The position numbers and the translations under genes were made by a program. A stretch of 64,000 nucleotides of DNA, from assembly GCF_001194135.2 (NCBI RefSeq), contig NC_069003.1:31233518-31297517 (forward strand), in the 5' to 3' direction. Source of the DNA: Octopus bimaculoides (lineage: Eukaryota). This document shows, piece after piece, positions 1 to 11,578 of this stretch. The notes beneath the pieces are model-generated. The model worked only from the letters and a program-made list of their open reading frames with translations, was not told the origin of the DNA and did no database searches. The stretch's first letter is position 1. Every line of letters starts with the position of its first letter.

Positions 1-536
1 AATAGGATAACATGAAAAGTGTATGCTTTAGCAATGGAATTAACTATTGGAAATAGTAAGATATTAAAAAATGTTATCTCGTGGTTTAACATTTCAAAAA
101 CGCTTGTGATGAATTACAGTTCATCATTTAGTTGAAAAGAAAATTGAAAACCACATTTTGATAAAAATATGTAATTTGAATTGGAATTTTTAAGAATTTT
201 CTAGATAATAGGGACTTTAAGTATTGCTTTCTTTCAGTAAAAGTTACATAATTCCAAATAAGTAATATGTAGCTTTCTCTCTTATGACAAAGATATACAC
301 ACACTTATGAGTACTAGCTTTACCAGAAAAATTACAATCAGTTGATCACTCAACAAGCCATTATATCACTCTCCTTTAAATATTGCCTATAAATATCCTG
401 TAGCAGATGATGGGATCATGAAACTGAATGGTTATGGGCTAGTTGTGCCCACGTTCAGTCCTGAACACCTGGCTGCTAGACATAGTAGAGAATCGCCACA
501 TCAACAAGCCATTATGTCCCTCTCCTTTAAATATTG

Positions 537-808
537 AGGGTTAGCAATGAGTATAGTGAAGAATTCTGAGTAGAAGTAGGGGTTTGCCAAGGATCAGTCT
601 TCAACCCCCTCTTATTCATCATAGTCCTCCAGTCAATAACAGAGGAATTCAAGGCAGGCTGCCCCTGGGAGCTCCTCTATGCTGATGACCTTGCTCTAAT
701 AGCCAAGTCACTGCCAGAAATAGAGAGGAAGTTTAGGGTGTGGCAGCAAGGTCTAGGATTGAAGGGCCTTAGGGTTAACCTAGCAAAAACCAAAGTCTTA
801 GTAAGTCT
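537..808 (+). mobile_element. RTE-clade LINE reverse transcriptase fragment
   Basis: Translates (one stop) to EYSEEF*VEVGVCQGSVFNPLLFIIVLQSITEEFKAGCPWELLYADDLALIA...GLRVNLAKTKVLVS. This contains the non-LTR RT QG and YADD motifs. Confidence 0.88.
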
Positions 809-1125
809 GGCATGTAAAAAAGCACCATCCGAATATAGCTGGTGCCAGTGCCCCCTGACTGGCTCACATGCTGGTGGCACGTAAAAAGTACTATCTGAAC
901 GTAGCTGATGCCAGGCCCACCTGACTGGCTCCTGTACTGGTGGCACATAAAAAGCACCCACTATACTGTCATAGTGGTTGGCATTAGGAAGGACATCCAG
1001 TTGTAGAAACTTTGGCAGATCAGATTAGAGCCTGGTGCAGTCTTCTGTATCTCCTGACCTCAATCAAACTGTCGAACCCATGCCAGCTTGGAAAACAGAC
1101 GTTAAACGATGATGATAATGATGAT
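809..1125 (+). mobile_element. LINE 3'-end/SINE repeat, family C, ending in (GAT)n
   Basis: gtggttggcattaggaaggacatccagttgtagaaac...cccatgccagcttggaaaacagacgttaaacgatgatg; recurs at 9262, 27295, 29455, 42140 and 46128. Confidence 0.8.
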
Positions 1126-1129
1126 TTAC

Positions 1130-2105
1130 ACCAATGCCTAGATGTTCATTACATGGAACAGTTCTAAAGAGAGGAAGCTTCCATTCGTTGTTTATTTTTT
1201 CTGATACAATGTAGTAATTTTGATCCTGTTTAGCTTAAAAAACACTCACTTCATTGTGGGTATATGATATATTGAGATGTTTTCTCTTACAATTCCTACG
1301 TGCACTAATCTCACATGTTTCCCCATTCTTGAATCACTTGGTTATTCCCTATTCAATTATTTCACATGTCCAACAGTAAAAGTCTCTGTAATTTGTTACC
1401 TGCATTATTATTTATTTCTGTTTTTTGTTTTTTTTTTCCTTCTGAAGTAAATTTCACTTTTGATAAGAGTCTTTTGAAATTTGGTGGTTATCTTCAGCTG
1501 CTGACAATTTGGGATTCTTCAATTATTTTTCTAAGATTTGATGAATGATATAGCACTAGAAGGTATTGTTTAACTGAATCTTTGATCGTGTGGTTTCTAA
1601 GATTATGGAATATTTATATTTGTGTTTTTGTCTTCACTTTTATTGTGAAGGTTTCTCCATAAAATAGAGATTGGTATCTCTTTTACCTCAGTAATGGCAT
1701 GATTCACTAAGTATTCGGAGCATTTTTCTTTCTAAAGGAATATATTCAGCTCCAGTTGTTTCTCTCATCTATTTGTGTCTTTAACTAATGAACATTAATG
1801 CCATGTCATATTGAATGAGACACTTCTTTAGTGTGGGATAGGTGGCAAGATTTGAAACCAAAACATTGGTGCTTGTTCGTGTCCTTGCAGTAGAGATCAG
1901 TTGTAACAATTTTAATTTTCTGTAAATATCAGGATTTCTAAAACAGAAAATTTCCTTTCATTTATTCCCACAGTGAAATGGATCAATTCAAGAATGTCAT
2001 TTATTAAGTTAAATGAATCTTGTAAGGTATTCCTTACTTCAGTTCCAAAATATGAATCAATCACCCATGTATCAGGTCATCCCATAAGTTCTGTCCGATT
2101 TTACC
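1130..2105 (-). mobile_element. Degenerate Penelope-like retroelement (RT C-terminus to GIY-YIG region)
   Basis: Frame-broken minus-strand translation gives YMGD*FIFWN*SKE (cf. YLDDCFIFW), TTDLYCKDTNKHQCFGFKSCH (cf. TDIYYKPTDTHQYL.F.SCHP), PPNFKRLLSKVKFT (cf. PPNLKRLLTRAKF) and a decayed IIY...TGSKL GIY-YIG segment. Confidence 0.72.
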
Positions 2106-2498
2106 TTTTTTTAAAATTGAATGAAATTTAATAGTATTTTAGAATGTCTAATGGAATTAAAAATTATTTTTATGCATTTGTGTACATTTAAACTAATTGA
2201 ATATTATTTTACAGAATAATAGAATTGAAATTTCCCTTGATTAAAACCCTTTCTAACATGGAAGTATCCAAAGAGCATTTGAGGCACATAATGCTTTATG
2301 AGTAGAAAAAAGGACTTATGGGCTGACCTGATATATTTTTTGGTTTCCTTTTAAATGGAGAGAGAGTGGAAACGGGAGAACAAGAAAGAAAGAACTGGGG
2401 GTAGAGAAAAAGTAGGACAAAGAGAGTAAGAATTAAATAATGAGAAAGAGAAATATATGACAACAGAATAATACATTGCTAAAAAGAGAGTGGGGGAA

Positions 2499-2500
<2 letters not shown>

Positions 2501-2555
<55 letters not shown>

Positions 2556-2566
2556 GAGAGAGAGAG
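2501..2566. repeat. (GA)n microsatellite
   Basis: Direct inspection. Confidence 0.95.
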
Positions 2567-3560
2567 AATGGATAGACTAGTTAGAGAAATCAATACAACT
2601 ATTACAATATCAACAACAACAATACTGACAAAACTGATGGAGCCAAAGACATATCATGTGACTAACAAACATAAAACTGTTTTAGATTTTCTTGTCACAG
2701 TTTTAATTTCAGTTTGAATGTTATCATACGTTAAAGAAATATTGGAAAAGCTAAAGAAAATAGTGTTAATATGGGTGCATGCGACCCCCATAATTCTATT
2801 TTAAATAGCTTTGGTCTGTGTGTAGTTGTGTGTAAAACACAGTGTCACTGTTATGTTTTGAAGATTAAGATTTTATTATGTTTTGGCACTTAAGAGAATA
2901 TTTGGTAACTGTGTTTCATGTGCATAATTCTTTCTTTAATAGTCAAAACAAAAAAAAATTAATAAATAAATAAAAGAAGAAATAACAGTAGTTTCAATAT
3001 TATTACTCACGATTCCATTTCCCCGAAATTCTTATCTTGTCTCAAAACATTTTCGTATCAAATGAGCTGACATGTTTGAATTGTCATAATGAAATAATCA
3101 AAATAACAATAAAGAACTAAGAATCATTGTCACATTATTGCCAAAAGGAATATTGGAAAAACCAAAAAAAAAAAAAATAAAATAAAATAAAAAAAAAATT
3201 TTTTTAAATGTTGCCCAAAGACGTTGGTATTTACTTGCATAAAAACAACAAAAAAAAATATTAAAATTAGGTTTTATATGAACAGGCATAACCTTAGACT
3301 TTCCAAATTACCTTGTTGCATTATTTTATCTGATATAACTTTTCTCCAGATATCTCCATCATTGTGATGTTCTATAATACAAACCTTATAACTAATTCTA
3401 AAATTCCATTTATGTTTTGCCTAGTATCATCATCATCTATCGATCATTTTGTGTAAGCATAAATTACGTCAGTTACATAATAGATATTTCCATATATTGT
3501 GATATTGTATTGTTCTCTCACTCCTTAACTTTCGATCTTTGATAATCTCATTTGTAGTTT

Positions 3561-3722
3561 CAGGAATGGCTGTGTGGTAAGGAGTCTGCTTCCCAACCAC
3601 ATGGTTTCAGGTTCAGTCCCACTGTGTGGAACCTTGGGCAAGTGTTTTCTACTATATCTTCAGGTTAACTGTAATTTTTGTGAGTGGATTTGGTAGACGG
3701 AAACCAAAATAAGCCTGCCGTG
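3561..3722 (+). mobile_element. tRNA-headed SINE, family A
   Basis: ggctgtgtggtaag (A-box-like)...ggttcagtccc (B-box-like)...ccttgggcaagtg...gagtggatttggtagacggaaac; more than 10 copies in the window. Confidence 0.8.
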
Positions 3723-4805
3723 TGCATGTGTGGCTTTGTTTTGGCATTTTGTGATGTTGTAGATAAATGTCAATATTGATTCCAGTAAAGTCTGGCACCT
3801 ATTCTGTTGGTCTCTTTTGTCAAATCCCTAAGTTACAGGAGCATAAGCAAACCAATATGCTGTAGAAGCATATCTGACCTTGAAGGAATAGCACCTTGCT
3901 TAAGGTAATATTAAAGGTTTGCAACAGGAAGGGCATCCAACCATAGAAAATGTGTGTCTGTGTCTTTGCATCTGCGTCTGTCTTCCCAATGCTTGGTAAT
4001 CTGTGTCGGTTTGTTTATGCCACTGTAACATTTATGCACCTGCACCTTATATATACATATATATATGTGTGTGTGTGTGAGTGTGTGTGTTTGTAACTAT
4101 ATAGTTATTTAAATATATTGTCTAAAAACTAAGGAATATGATTTGGTCATGGCTAAAATGCTCTTTCTGTTTTTTTGTTTTTTTTATCGCAGGTCAGCTT
4201 GATCAGAGCTGATCTCATACTAAACAACAATAAATAAAAAGAAATAATGTCTCTTCTCATCTTGCATTACTTAAATCAATACATTTAGCAGATTTATGAT
4301 TGATAATTGAATGTTTATTTCCATTCCAGGAGAAATGCATCAGTAAAGCAGAAATAGAATCGGCAAAGATCAAAGCCTATTTAAATTTTGCAGGCCATTA
4401 ACTACATCTTTGATATTTACATGTCTTCTACCATGTTTCAGTTAGTCCGATTTCCAATCGTTTTTCAGATACATTTCAGGATTATAAATCGATTCCTATC
4501 CTTTGGGTCATACAGTCACAGAGAAGAACAATGTCTGTGATGTTGAGTTGCTGAGTTTATATCTTATTACAACAGCCACTGAGTTGTTGTTGTTGTTGCT
4601 GCTCTTGTTGTTGTTGTTGTGGTTGCTATCAATACTGTTGTTGTTGTTGTTGTTGTTGTAGCTGTTCCTTTTGAATGATATATTTAATTCTCACCGGCTC
4701 CAACATTCCTGACTGACATAGAATATGTTCATTCTATTCCTTATAGGAAGCAGTCGTTGGAAAATTCCAGATATAGGTATCATCTGCTCTCAGCAGGCTA
4801 AATGT

Positions 4806-5001
4806 CAAGATCCTTGGCTATAGTAGAAGACACTTGCCCAAGATCCGAGGCTATAGTAGAAGACACTTGCCCAAGATTCGAGGTTATAGTAGAAGACACT
4901 TGCCCAAGATCCGAGGCTATAGTAGAAGACACTTGCCCAAGGTGTCATCCAGTGGAACTGAACCTGGAACCATGTGGTCAGGAAGCAAGCTTTTTACCAC
5001 T
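4806..5001 (-). mobile_element. Family A SINE with an internal 4 x 33-bp tandem expansion (4806-4941)
   Basis: The unit caagatccgaggctatagtagaagacacttgcc occurs 4 times, then continues into the reverse complement of the family A head. Confidence 0.85.
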
Positions 5002-5451
5002 TGTTTTATTTTTTTCTTGTTTTTTTTTAAAGCNNNNNNNNNNNNNNNNNNNNNNNNNNNNNNNNNNNNNNNNNNNNNNNNNNNNNNNNNNNNNNNNNNN
5101 NNNNNNNNNNNNNNNNNNNNNNNNNNNNNNNNNNNNNNNNNNNNNNNNNNNNNNNNNNNNNNNNNNNNNNNNNNNNNNNNNNNNNNNNNNNNNNNNNNNN
5201 NNNNNNNNNNNNNNNNNNNNNNNNNNNNNNNNNNNNNNNNNNNNNNNNNNNNNNNNNNNNNNNNNNNNNNNNNNNNNNNNNNNNNNNNNNNNNNNNNNNN
5301 NNNNGGTAAACTATTGACATTTACTTTGTTTTCTCTGTGAAGGTTTAATAAATAATCTTTTAATATTGTTTAATTAAAAACATTCATTTTAAAAATATTG
5401 CACTTCATATTTTGTGAACTCAATACATACATTGTACAATATTTGCACTTG

Positions 5452-5665
5452 TGTGAGGTGGAGAGCTGGCAGAAACATTAGCATGCTGGGTGAAAAGCTT
5501 AGCAGTATTTTGTCTGTCTTTATGTTCTGAGTTCAAATTCTGCCGAGGTCAACTTTGCCTTTCATCTTTTTGAGGTCAATAAATTAAGTACCAGTTGTGT
5601 ACTGGGTCGATCTAATCGACTGGCCCCCTCCCCCAAAATTTCAGGCCTTGTGCCAAGAGTGGAAA
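5452..5665 (+). mobile_element. tRNA-headed SINE, family B (central domain resembles Meta/MESC)
   Basis: gagctggcagaa...gttctgagttcaaattctgccgaggtcaactttgcctttcatc...aagtaccagttg...ccaaaatt; many copies. The Meta/MESC resemblance is from memory and was not aligned. Confidence 0.8.
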
Positions 5666-5744
5666 AGAATTTTTACATTCATGTAGATGACTGTTTCTTG
5701 AACAATGTTCTTTCTCAATCAAGGTTCCATTTCCCTCATAGTGA

Positions 5745-5890
5745 AGGTGTATGAGTTAGTGGTTAAGGTACTTGGCTCACAATCATAAAGTTGCGAGTTC
5801 GATTCCCAGCATCATGTTGTATCCTAGTCCACATTTTATTTCATATTGCTCCAGTCTACTCAACTGGCAAAAATGAGTTGTATCTGTAAT
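5745..5890 (+). mobile_element. tRNA-headed SINE, family E (partial)
   Basis: tagtggttaagg...gagttcgattccc...gctccagtctactcaactggcaaaaatgagttgta; matches 40755-41075. Confidence 0.7.
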
Positions 5891-6640
5891 GATGATTGAA
5901 AAATGATATTCTTTTTATCTGAAATAACAGTAAAATCAGTTTTAGTTCATGAGGTTTGTGGGAGATCTTGTTTTTAAATTTGGTAGTTGGAAGTTTATTT
6001 TATCTTATCATGTTATACACAGACAAAACATACACACAAAATTAAAATGATAAAAATAATATGGTTGATAAATACAGAATAAAATTATGAAGCAGATCAA
6101 AGGAATTTTATATTGAATTGACAGAATTTCTTTAAATTAAAATTGTGTTTTATAATCTCCGCAAATTACGAGTTGAGTGTATATAAGTTTGTAATTCGAC
6201 ACACATACAGACTGTCTCAGCAGGCATAAGAACTTGGATTTTCTAGGAAGATAAAAAAGAAAGTCTGTACCATTAATGATTTTCTTAATTAAATTAGCAA
6301 TTTATGTGAAATAATATATTTCACAATGCTAGACTAATTTTATATCAGTTTCAACAAATGGTAATTAAGACTAACTTTAGACACATTACAGGCCCCTTGA
6401 CAAATCGATGCACTGGCCACTATGGTATTTATTTGTTGATAGTAAGCCACAGCATACATAGACCAAAATTGGGCATTTCAACCCTAAGGACCCCAGGCAA
6501 ATCAATTTACTGAGCCCTAATGCATTTATTGGATTTATGCCAAAATTTGGTTTCAAAGGATTTATTTTCTTGATTTTAGGATGACATTGCAGGGTAGGTG
6601 TGAGAGGCTGGATCTCGCCAGTTTGAACATAAAACAAGTA

Positions 6641-6671
<31 letters not shown>

Positions 6672-6676
<5 letters not shown>

Positions 6677-6831
6677 GGCTTGCACACAGTTTCTGTCTAC
6701 CAAATCTACTCACAAGGCTTTGTTCAATTTAGGGCAGTAGTAGAGGACACTTGCCCAAAGTGCCACGCAGCAAGACTGAACCCAGAACCATGTGGTTGGG
6801 AAACAAACTACTTACCACACAGCCAAGCCTG
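6672..6831 (-). mobile_element. Family A SINE
   Basis: Reverse complement of the family A consensus. Confidence 0.8.
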
Positions 6832-7499
6832 TTCCTAATGGCATTTTCTTAAGTACCAAACCACTAAGACCTCTACCAATCCACCTCTTTACATTCTCGT
6901 TCAAATCAAACTTATTCCAGAATTTATATAGAATATTCTCAATAAATGTTACATTTATTCTCTTGATTTAATCTTAAATAAAATCTTACTTCATTTTTAT
7001 TTACTGTACTTCTTTCAAGAGAAGATTTTAAAGTGTTTCTACTAAAACTTTGCTGCTCAGAGAACTGGCATAATGACTTTTCTTTTCAATTTTAAATGCT
7101 TTTCCCTCTTCCTATTCTTTTAAGCTTCAAAGAAATTGCTTATCCCTAAGAGTTTCCTGTTATATTTTTACAACATACCATTATCATCATCATCATCATC
7201 ATCATCATCATTATTATCATTATCATTTTTATTTTTGTCGTCATCTTTACCATCATCATCATCGTTATTGTTATCATCATCATCATTCTTTTATGCTTTT
7301 ATGCATTTCAGCCCAAATGCTGTGACCAAGCTGGTGCACCATTATTATCATTACTATAATTGGGTTGATGTAATCGACCTACCCCTCCTACAAAATTGCT
7401 GGCCTTGTGCCAAAATTTGAAACCATTATTATTATTATTATTATTATTTGAACTCAGAACGTAACAGCAGACAAAATACCACAAGGCATTTCGCCCGGG

Positions 7500-7708
7500 C
7501 AAGCTGGCAAAATTGTTAGCATACTGGACGAAATACTTAGCGGTATTTTACCCAGTGCTCCAATCTGAGTTCAAATTCTGCTGAGGTCGACTTTGCCTTT
7601 CATCTTTTCGGGGCCGATAAAATAAGTACCAGTTAAACACTGGGGTCAATGTTATCGACTCATCCCCTCCCCCAAAATTGCTGCCCTTGTGGCAAAATTT
7701 GAAACCCT
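7500..7708 (+). mobile_element. Family B SINE (preceded by scrambled family B pieces at 7365-7500)
   Basis: Full family B body followed by a (TTA)n/(TCA)n tail. Confidence 0.8.
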
Positions 7709-9021
7709 TATTATTATTATTATTATTATTATCATTATCATCATCATCATCCTCATTATCATCATCATCATTATTATCATCATCCTTATTATTATTCCTA
7801 TTATTATTCTTATCTTAAAATTTTGTTTTGATTTAAAAATCTAGTAAATTTTTTTGTTTTATCTTTACTATTTTGCGTTTTATTTGCTGTAAGTCATTTT
7901 AAAATCTTTCCTTGGCTTTTTCTTTTGTACTGTATCATAGACATACATCAAAGATAATGGCAAATACCTGAAGTTCTTTCATGGAAATTCTTCGTAATAT
8001 AATTTTATTGATTTCACACACTCAGCATGTTAAATTCATAGCAGAACATAGAACTGTGTGACTTAAGCCTATCTCTCCAGTTCATTAGTAATGTAAGTGA
8101 ATTGAAATATTGACAACATGCTGTTTTGAGAAATTGGTTTTGTCAAGAACTAAACGCTGCTGCTCTACCATTCTCTACCAAAATTTAACCCTTTTTTTGT
8201 ACCAACCCACCAAGACCTCCCTTGGTTCCATGATAGAAACTTCATGTTCTTAAGTAGTAGTAGTAGTAGTAATAGCAGTAGTAGTAATGCAACTGTCCCC
8301 TTCCCCCAATTTCAGGCCTTGTGCCTTTAGTAGAAAAGATTTGATAAAAATGGATCGATTAAGTTGCAACGTATTCAATCATAAGTCAGCTCAATCATGG
8401 TTAATCTTGTGATAAACGATAGTATATGTGAAGCTCAATACAACTTGTATAAAAGGTGTTGAAATAAAAACTTTAATGCTCAAATTCTAAGCTACAACCA
8501 GCCATTGCAGCAGATTTCAAGAGCTTCATCATGAGACTGTAAATAATTGCAAAAAGGGATTAATTTTATTTTGTGTTAAACTGTCTGTATTGAGATGGAT
8601 TATTAATTGGTCAATTAATTTGTTCATTTACACGATAATTACTCAATCGCACATGTAATAAAAGAAGTTCCTGTAAATGATGATATCCAGTAAAACCTGG
8701 AACACAATCAGGGACAGAGTAGAAAATAGTTTCCGGTAAGGATATCAGAACCAGATGAAAAATGCCCAGTGACATGTTGTGCCTGAAAAGCAAAGGATAA
8801 TGATGGTTGTTAACATAACGAGCCAAGAAATTTTAATTAAATTTACACTTGTGGTGAGGAGAAAAACTCATTAAGAATCATTAGATTAATGATAAATTCT
8901 AATTGAGAAAGAAAAAGGAAATGCCCCCACCCCACCCCTATAGTTTGCAATGAATAAGTCAGTCTTTGGATTCTTAGCTCAAAGTTCCATGTTAGGTTTA
9001 TTATTACTATAAATTCGTTGA

Positions 9022-9185
9022 CATAAAGTGGTATGACAGAATCCTAGACACAGAGGTACTTGCCTGTACTAGTCTGTCTAGCATCTACACCATTCTGATG
9101 CAGTCACAGCTTTGCCTGACAGGTCATGTAGTTCATATTCCAGACCACTGGCTCTCAAAGAAACTATTAAAGGGCAAGTTCTTGT
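9022..9185 (+). mobile_element. RTE/BovB-like LINE ORF fragment
   Basis: IKWYDRILDTEVLACTSLSSIYTILMQSQLCLTGHVVHIPDHWLSKKLL parallels the RTE C-terminal IKWQDKIPDTEVL...SQLRWAGHVVRMPDHRLPK segment. Confidence 0.75.
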
Positions 9186-9261
9186 AATGGGATTTTAGAA
9201 AAATAGCAGAGTTTATTTCTCACTTCCTTGCAATCATATTTAGACTCACTTGAATATGAAC

Positions 9262-9500
9262 TCATATCATCATCATCACTGTCGTCATCGTTTAATGCCC
9301 ATTGCCTAGACTGGCATGGGTTGAATAGTTTGACCAGGGCTGGTAAGCTGAGTGGCTGCACCAGACTGACTTAGCATGTTTTCTACAGCTGGCTGCCCTT
9401 CCTAATGCCAACTACTCCAGGTGTGTAATGGGTGCTTTTACATTCCACCAGGATGGGTGCAGTGACATGACACTGGTATCTGCCACAATTGCGATTTCAC
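9262..9500 (-). mobile_element. Family C repeat
   Basis: (CAT)n followed by cgtttaatgccc...ggctgcccttcctaatgccaac, the reverse complement of family C. Confidence 0.75.
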
Positions 9501-10090
9501 TCAAATTTCAACAAAATCTGATGCCTCTCAAAACTGTTTGAGTATCCCCAAAACAAATGTTTTCTGGTGCCTTAAAAATGACTACATTTTTTCTAACTGC
9601 TTCCGTATTTTAGATTATGTTCTTTTACACTGAATTATTGCAAATTTTCTGTAAATGCAAGATGTTGTCCCTTTCTTTTAATTAACAAAAAATTGTTGAT
9701 ACGTTTGACAGTACAAATCGTTTTGTATTCATCTAATATTCATTATAGAACCTTATTTAGTGCCATTCTCTAATCAATGTTTGAAAATTTCTTATTGTAA
9801 TACATGGAGAAAATTAATGACGTCAAACGGTTGTAAGGAAACAAATCTTGTAAACAGTTACAAAATAATATGGCTACAGGGAAAAACATGTAACTATTGT
9901 AAAATATTCTATGAATCTGGAACAAAAAAAGAATTTCAGATACCAAACATTTTCATTCTCAAATTTTCTCATTGTTGTAATGTTTCTTATATAAGTTGGT
10001 TATCTAAACAGAAGTACATGAGCTTTATATGGTAGGTGTTTTCAGAAAAGTTTTCCACCAATGTTAACAACAGTCACACAAAATGTTATA

Positions 10091-10309
10091 TACAAGGTGG
10101 TGCTGGAAAGTTCCTGTCTTTGGGTAAAAGAAAATACAGGAGGATCACTTAATTATGATTTTATTGAACATATTCCCCTCTGATTCACACACTTATTGCA
10201 GCAATCCTTCATTTTTTCTAAGCCCTGTAAAAGAACATGGAAGGTTGGGTCTCCAACCAGGCCTTTCATGATACCCTTAAAGCCAGAAACATTCCAGCAC
10301 CCCCTCATA
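10091..10309. mobile_element. Mariner-derived MITE
   Basis: About 30-bp imperfect TIRs (tacaaggtggtgctggaaagttcctgtcttt / aaagccagaaacattccagcaccccctcata) with TA at both ends. Confidence 0.75.
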
Positions 10310-11105
10310 CCAAGAACCTATTCAAATACAGATATGGTAAGGATACATACCCTTTTAAGTATATATAACTTTCATCTTCATTATTATTCCTTCTCCTCTC
10401 CTCTTTTCTTTACCCTCACACAGACTAACCCCCTCTTTCAACTATAACAAACTTATTCATTTATTTACTTGTTTTGGGATACTCATTTACCCTTGTTTTT
10501 ACTTTTTACAATATTTTTTTCTGAGATTCTTAATTTCTAAAATAACTCTTTCCCCTTTGCTCCTCTTTATTGCCGTTATTATAATTATTATCACATGATA
10601 TACGTGAGTTATATTATTCAATTTTATTCAGCTATTATTGGCTCCTTTATGTTCATATAATTTTTCAGCAACAATCAATCTTTTGTACAAAAGATTCCAT
10701 TAAATTTCAAATGTCATGACCCCTGTCCAATTAGCTTTATATGTCTTTTTGATAATTTACCAAATTGTTATCTCTGCACCATTTTTAAACATTTATAAAC
10801 CATTGTATTGTTCCAAACGTTCACTTCTATCTGATGATTACCTACGTGAAACTCTGTGCAGCAGTTTGTGTAGTTTTTCTGCTTGAATCAACTTAATATT
10901 TTATTCTACCTTTGGTATTCAAGTACTATTTTCTCCACCTTGAAAATGGCCACTTTCTATAGTAGAAAGGATTATTACTATTATTATTATTATCATTATT
11001 ATTATTATTATTATTATTGAGTGAGAGAGCAGTGCATGCCATCAAAGTGACACTGGGGTAAAATATACGAAGCCCAATATTATTATTATTACTATTATTA
11101 TTATT

Positions 11106-11319
11106 GTTCAGTAGTTTTATTTTTATAACATGCTTTCACTTCACTACCGAGCGCAGCTCTGTGCGCCTTGGGTATGTGCTGTGGTTTGCTGTGGTGCTCT
11201 TATGTTTACTGTATTGAAAGTGTTTTGCGTAGAATGTGTGCAGTACCCAGTAGTGCAATTTTCTGTATGTTATATATATTTGTAAGTCCTGGTGTTTTTG
11301 TTATGTATTTGTCTGAAGA

Positions 11320-11320
<1 letters not shown>
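11106..11320 (-). mobile_element. 5'-truncated R4/Dong-like LINE 3' end inserted in (TAA)n
   Basis: The minus frame ends ...NIQKIALLGTAHILRKTLSIQ*, a typical R4/Dong C-terminus. (TTA)n flanks both sides, consistent with Dong targeting TAA repeats. Confidence 0.75.
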
Positions 11321-11357
<37 letters not shown>

Positions 11358-11361
<4 letters not shown>

Positions 11362-11578
11362 GGTAGCAAGCTGGCAGAATTGTTCATACATTGGGCAGAA
11401 TGGATAGTGGCATTCCATCCGTCTTCAAGTTCTGAGTTCAAATTCTGCTGAGGTCAACTTTGCCTTTCATCCCTTCGAGATTGATAGAATAAGTACCAGT
11501 TGACCACTGAGGTTGATGTAATCAGCTTCCCCTACTTCTATGAAACTGCTGGCCTTGAGCCAGACCTCGAAACCATTA
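11358..11578 (+). mobile_element. Family B SINE
   Basis: Matches the family B body. Confidence 0.78.

Noticed and set aside
1974-2030. Plus-strand exon-like segment (cag...GTAAG; KWINSRMSFIKLNES)
   Set aside because: It is the antisense of the Penelope RT relic.
3561-3640. tRNA genes suggested by A/B-box motifs in SINE heads
   Set aside because: No complete cloverleaf; the heads run straight into multi-copy SINE bodies.
4330-4540. Short exon-like frames on both strands (EKCISKAEIES...; ESIYNPEMYLKNDWKSD*)
   Set aside because: Mutually incompatible, no recognisable homology, and expected by chance in AT-rich DNA.
4802-4941. CRISPR-like regular repeats
   Set aside because: Head-to-tail 33-bp units with no unique spacers, derived from a SINE core, in a eukaryotic context.
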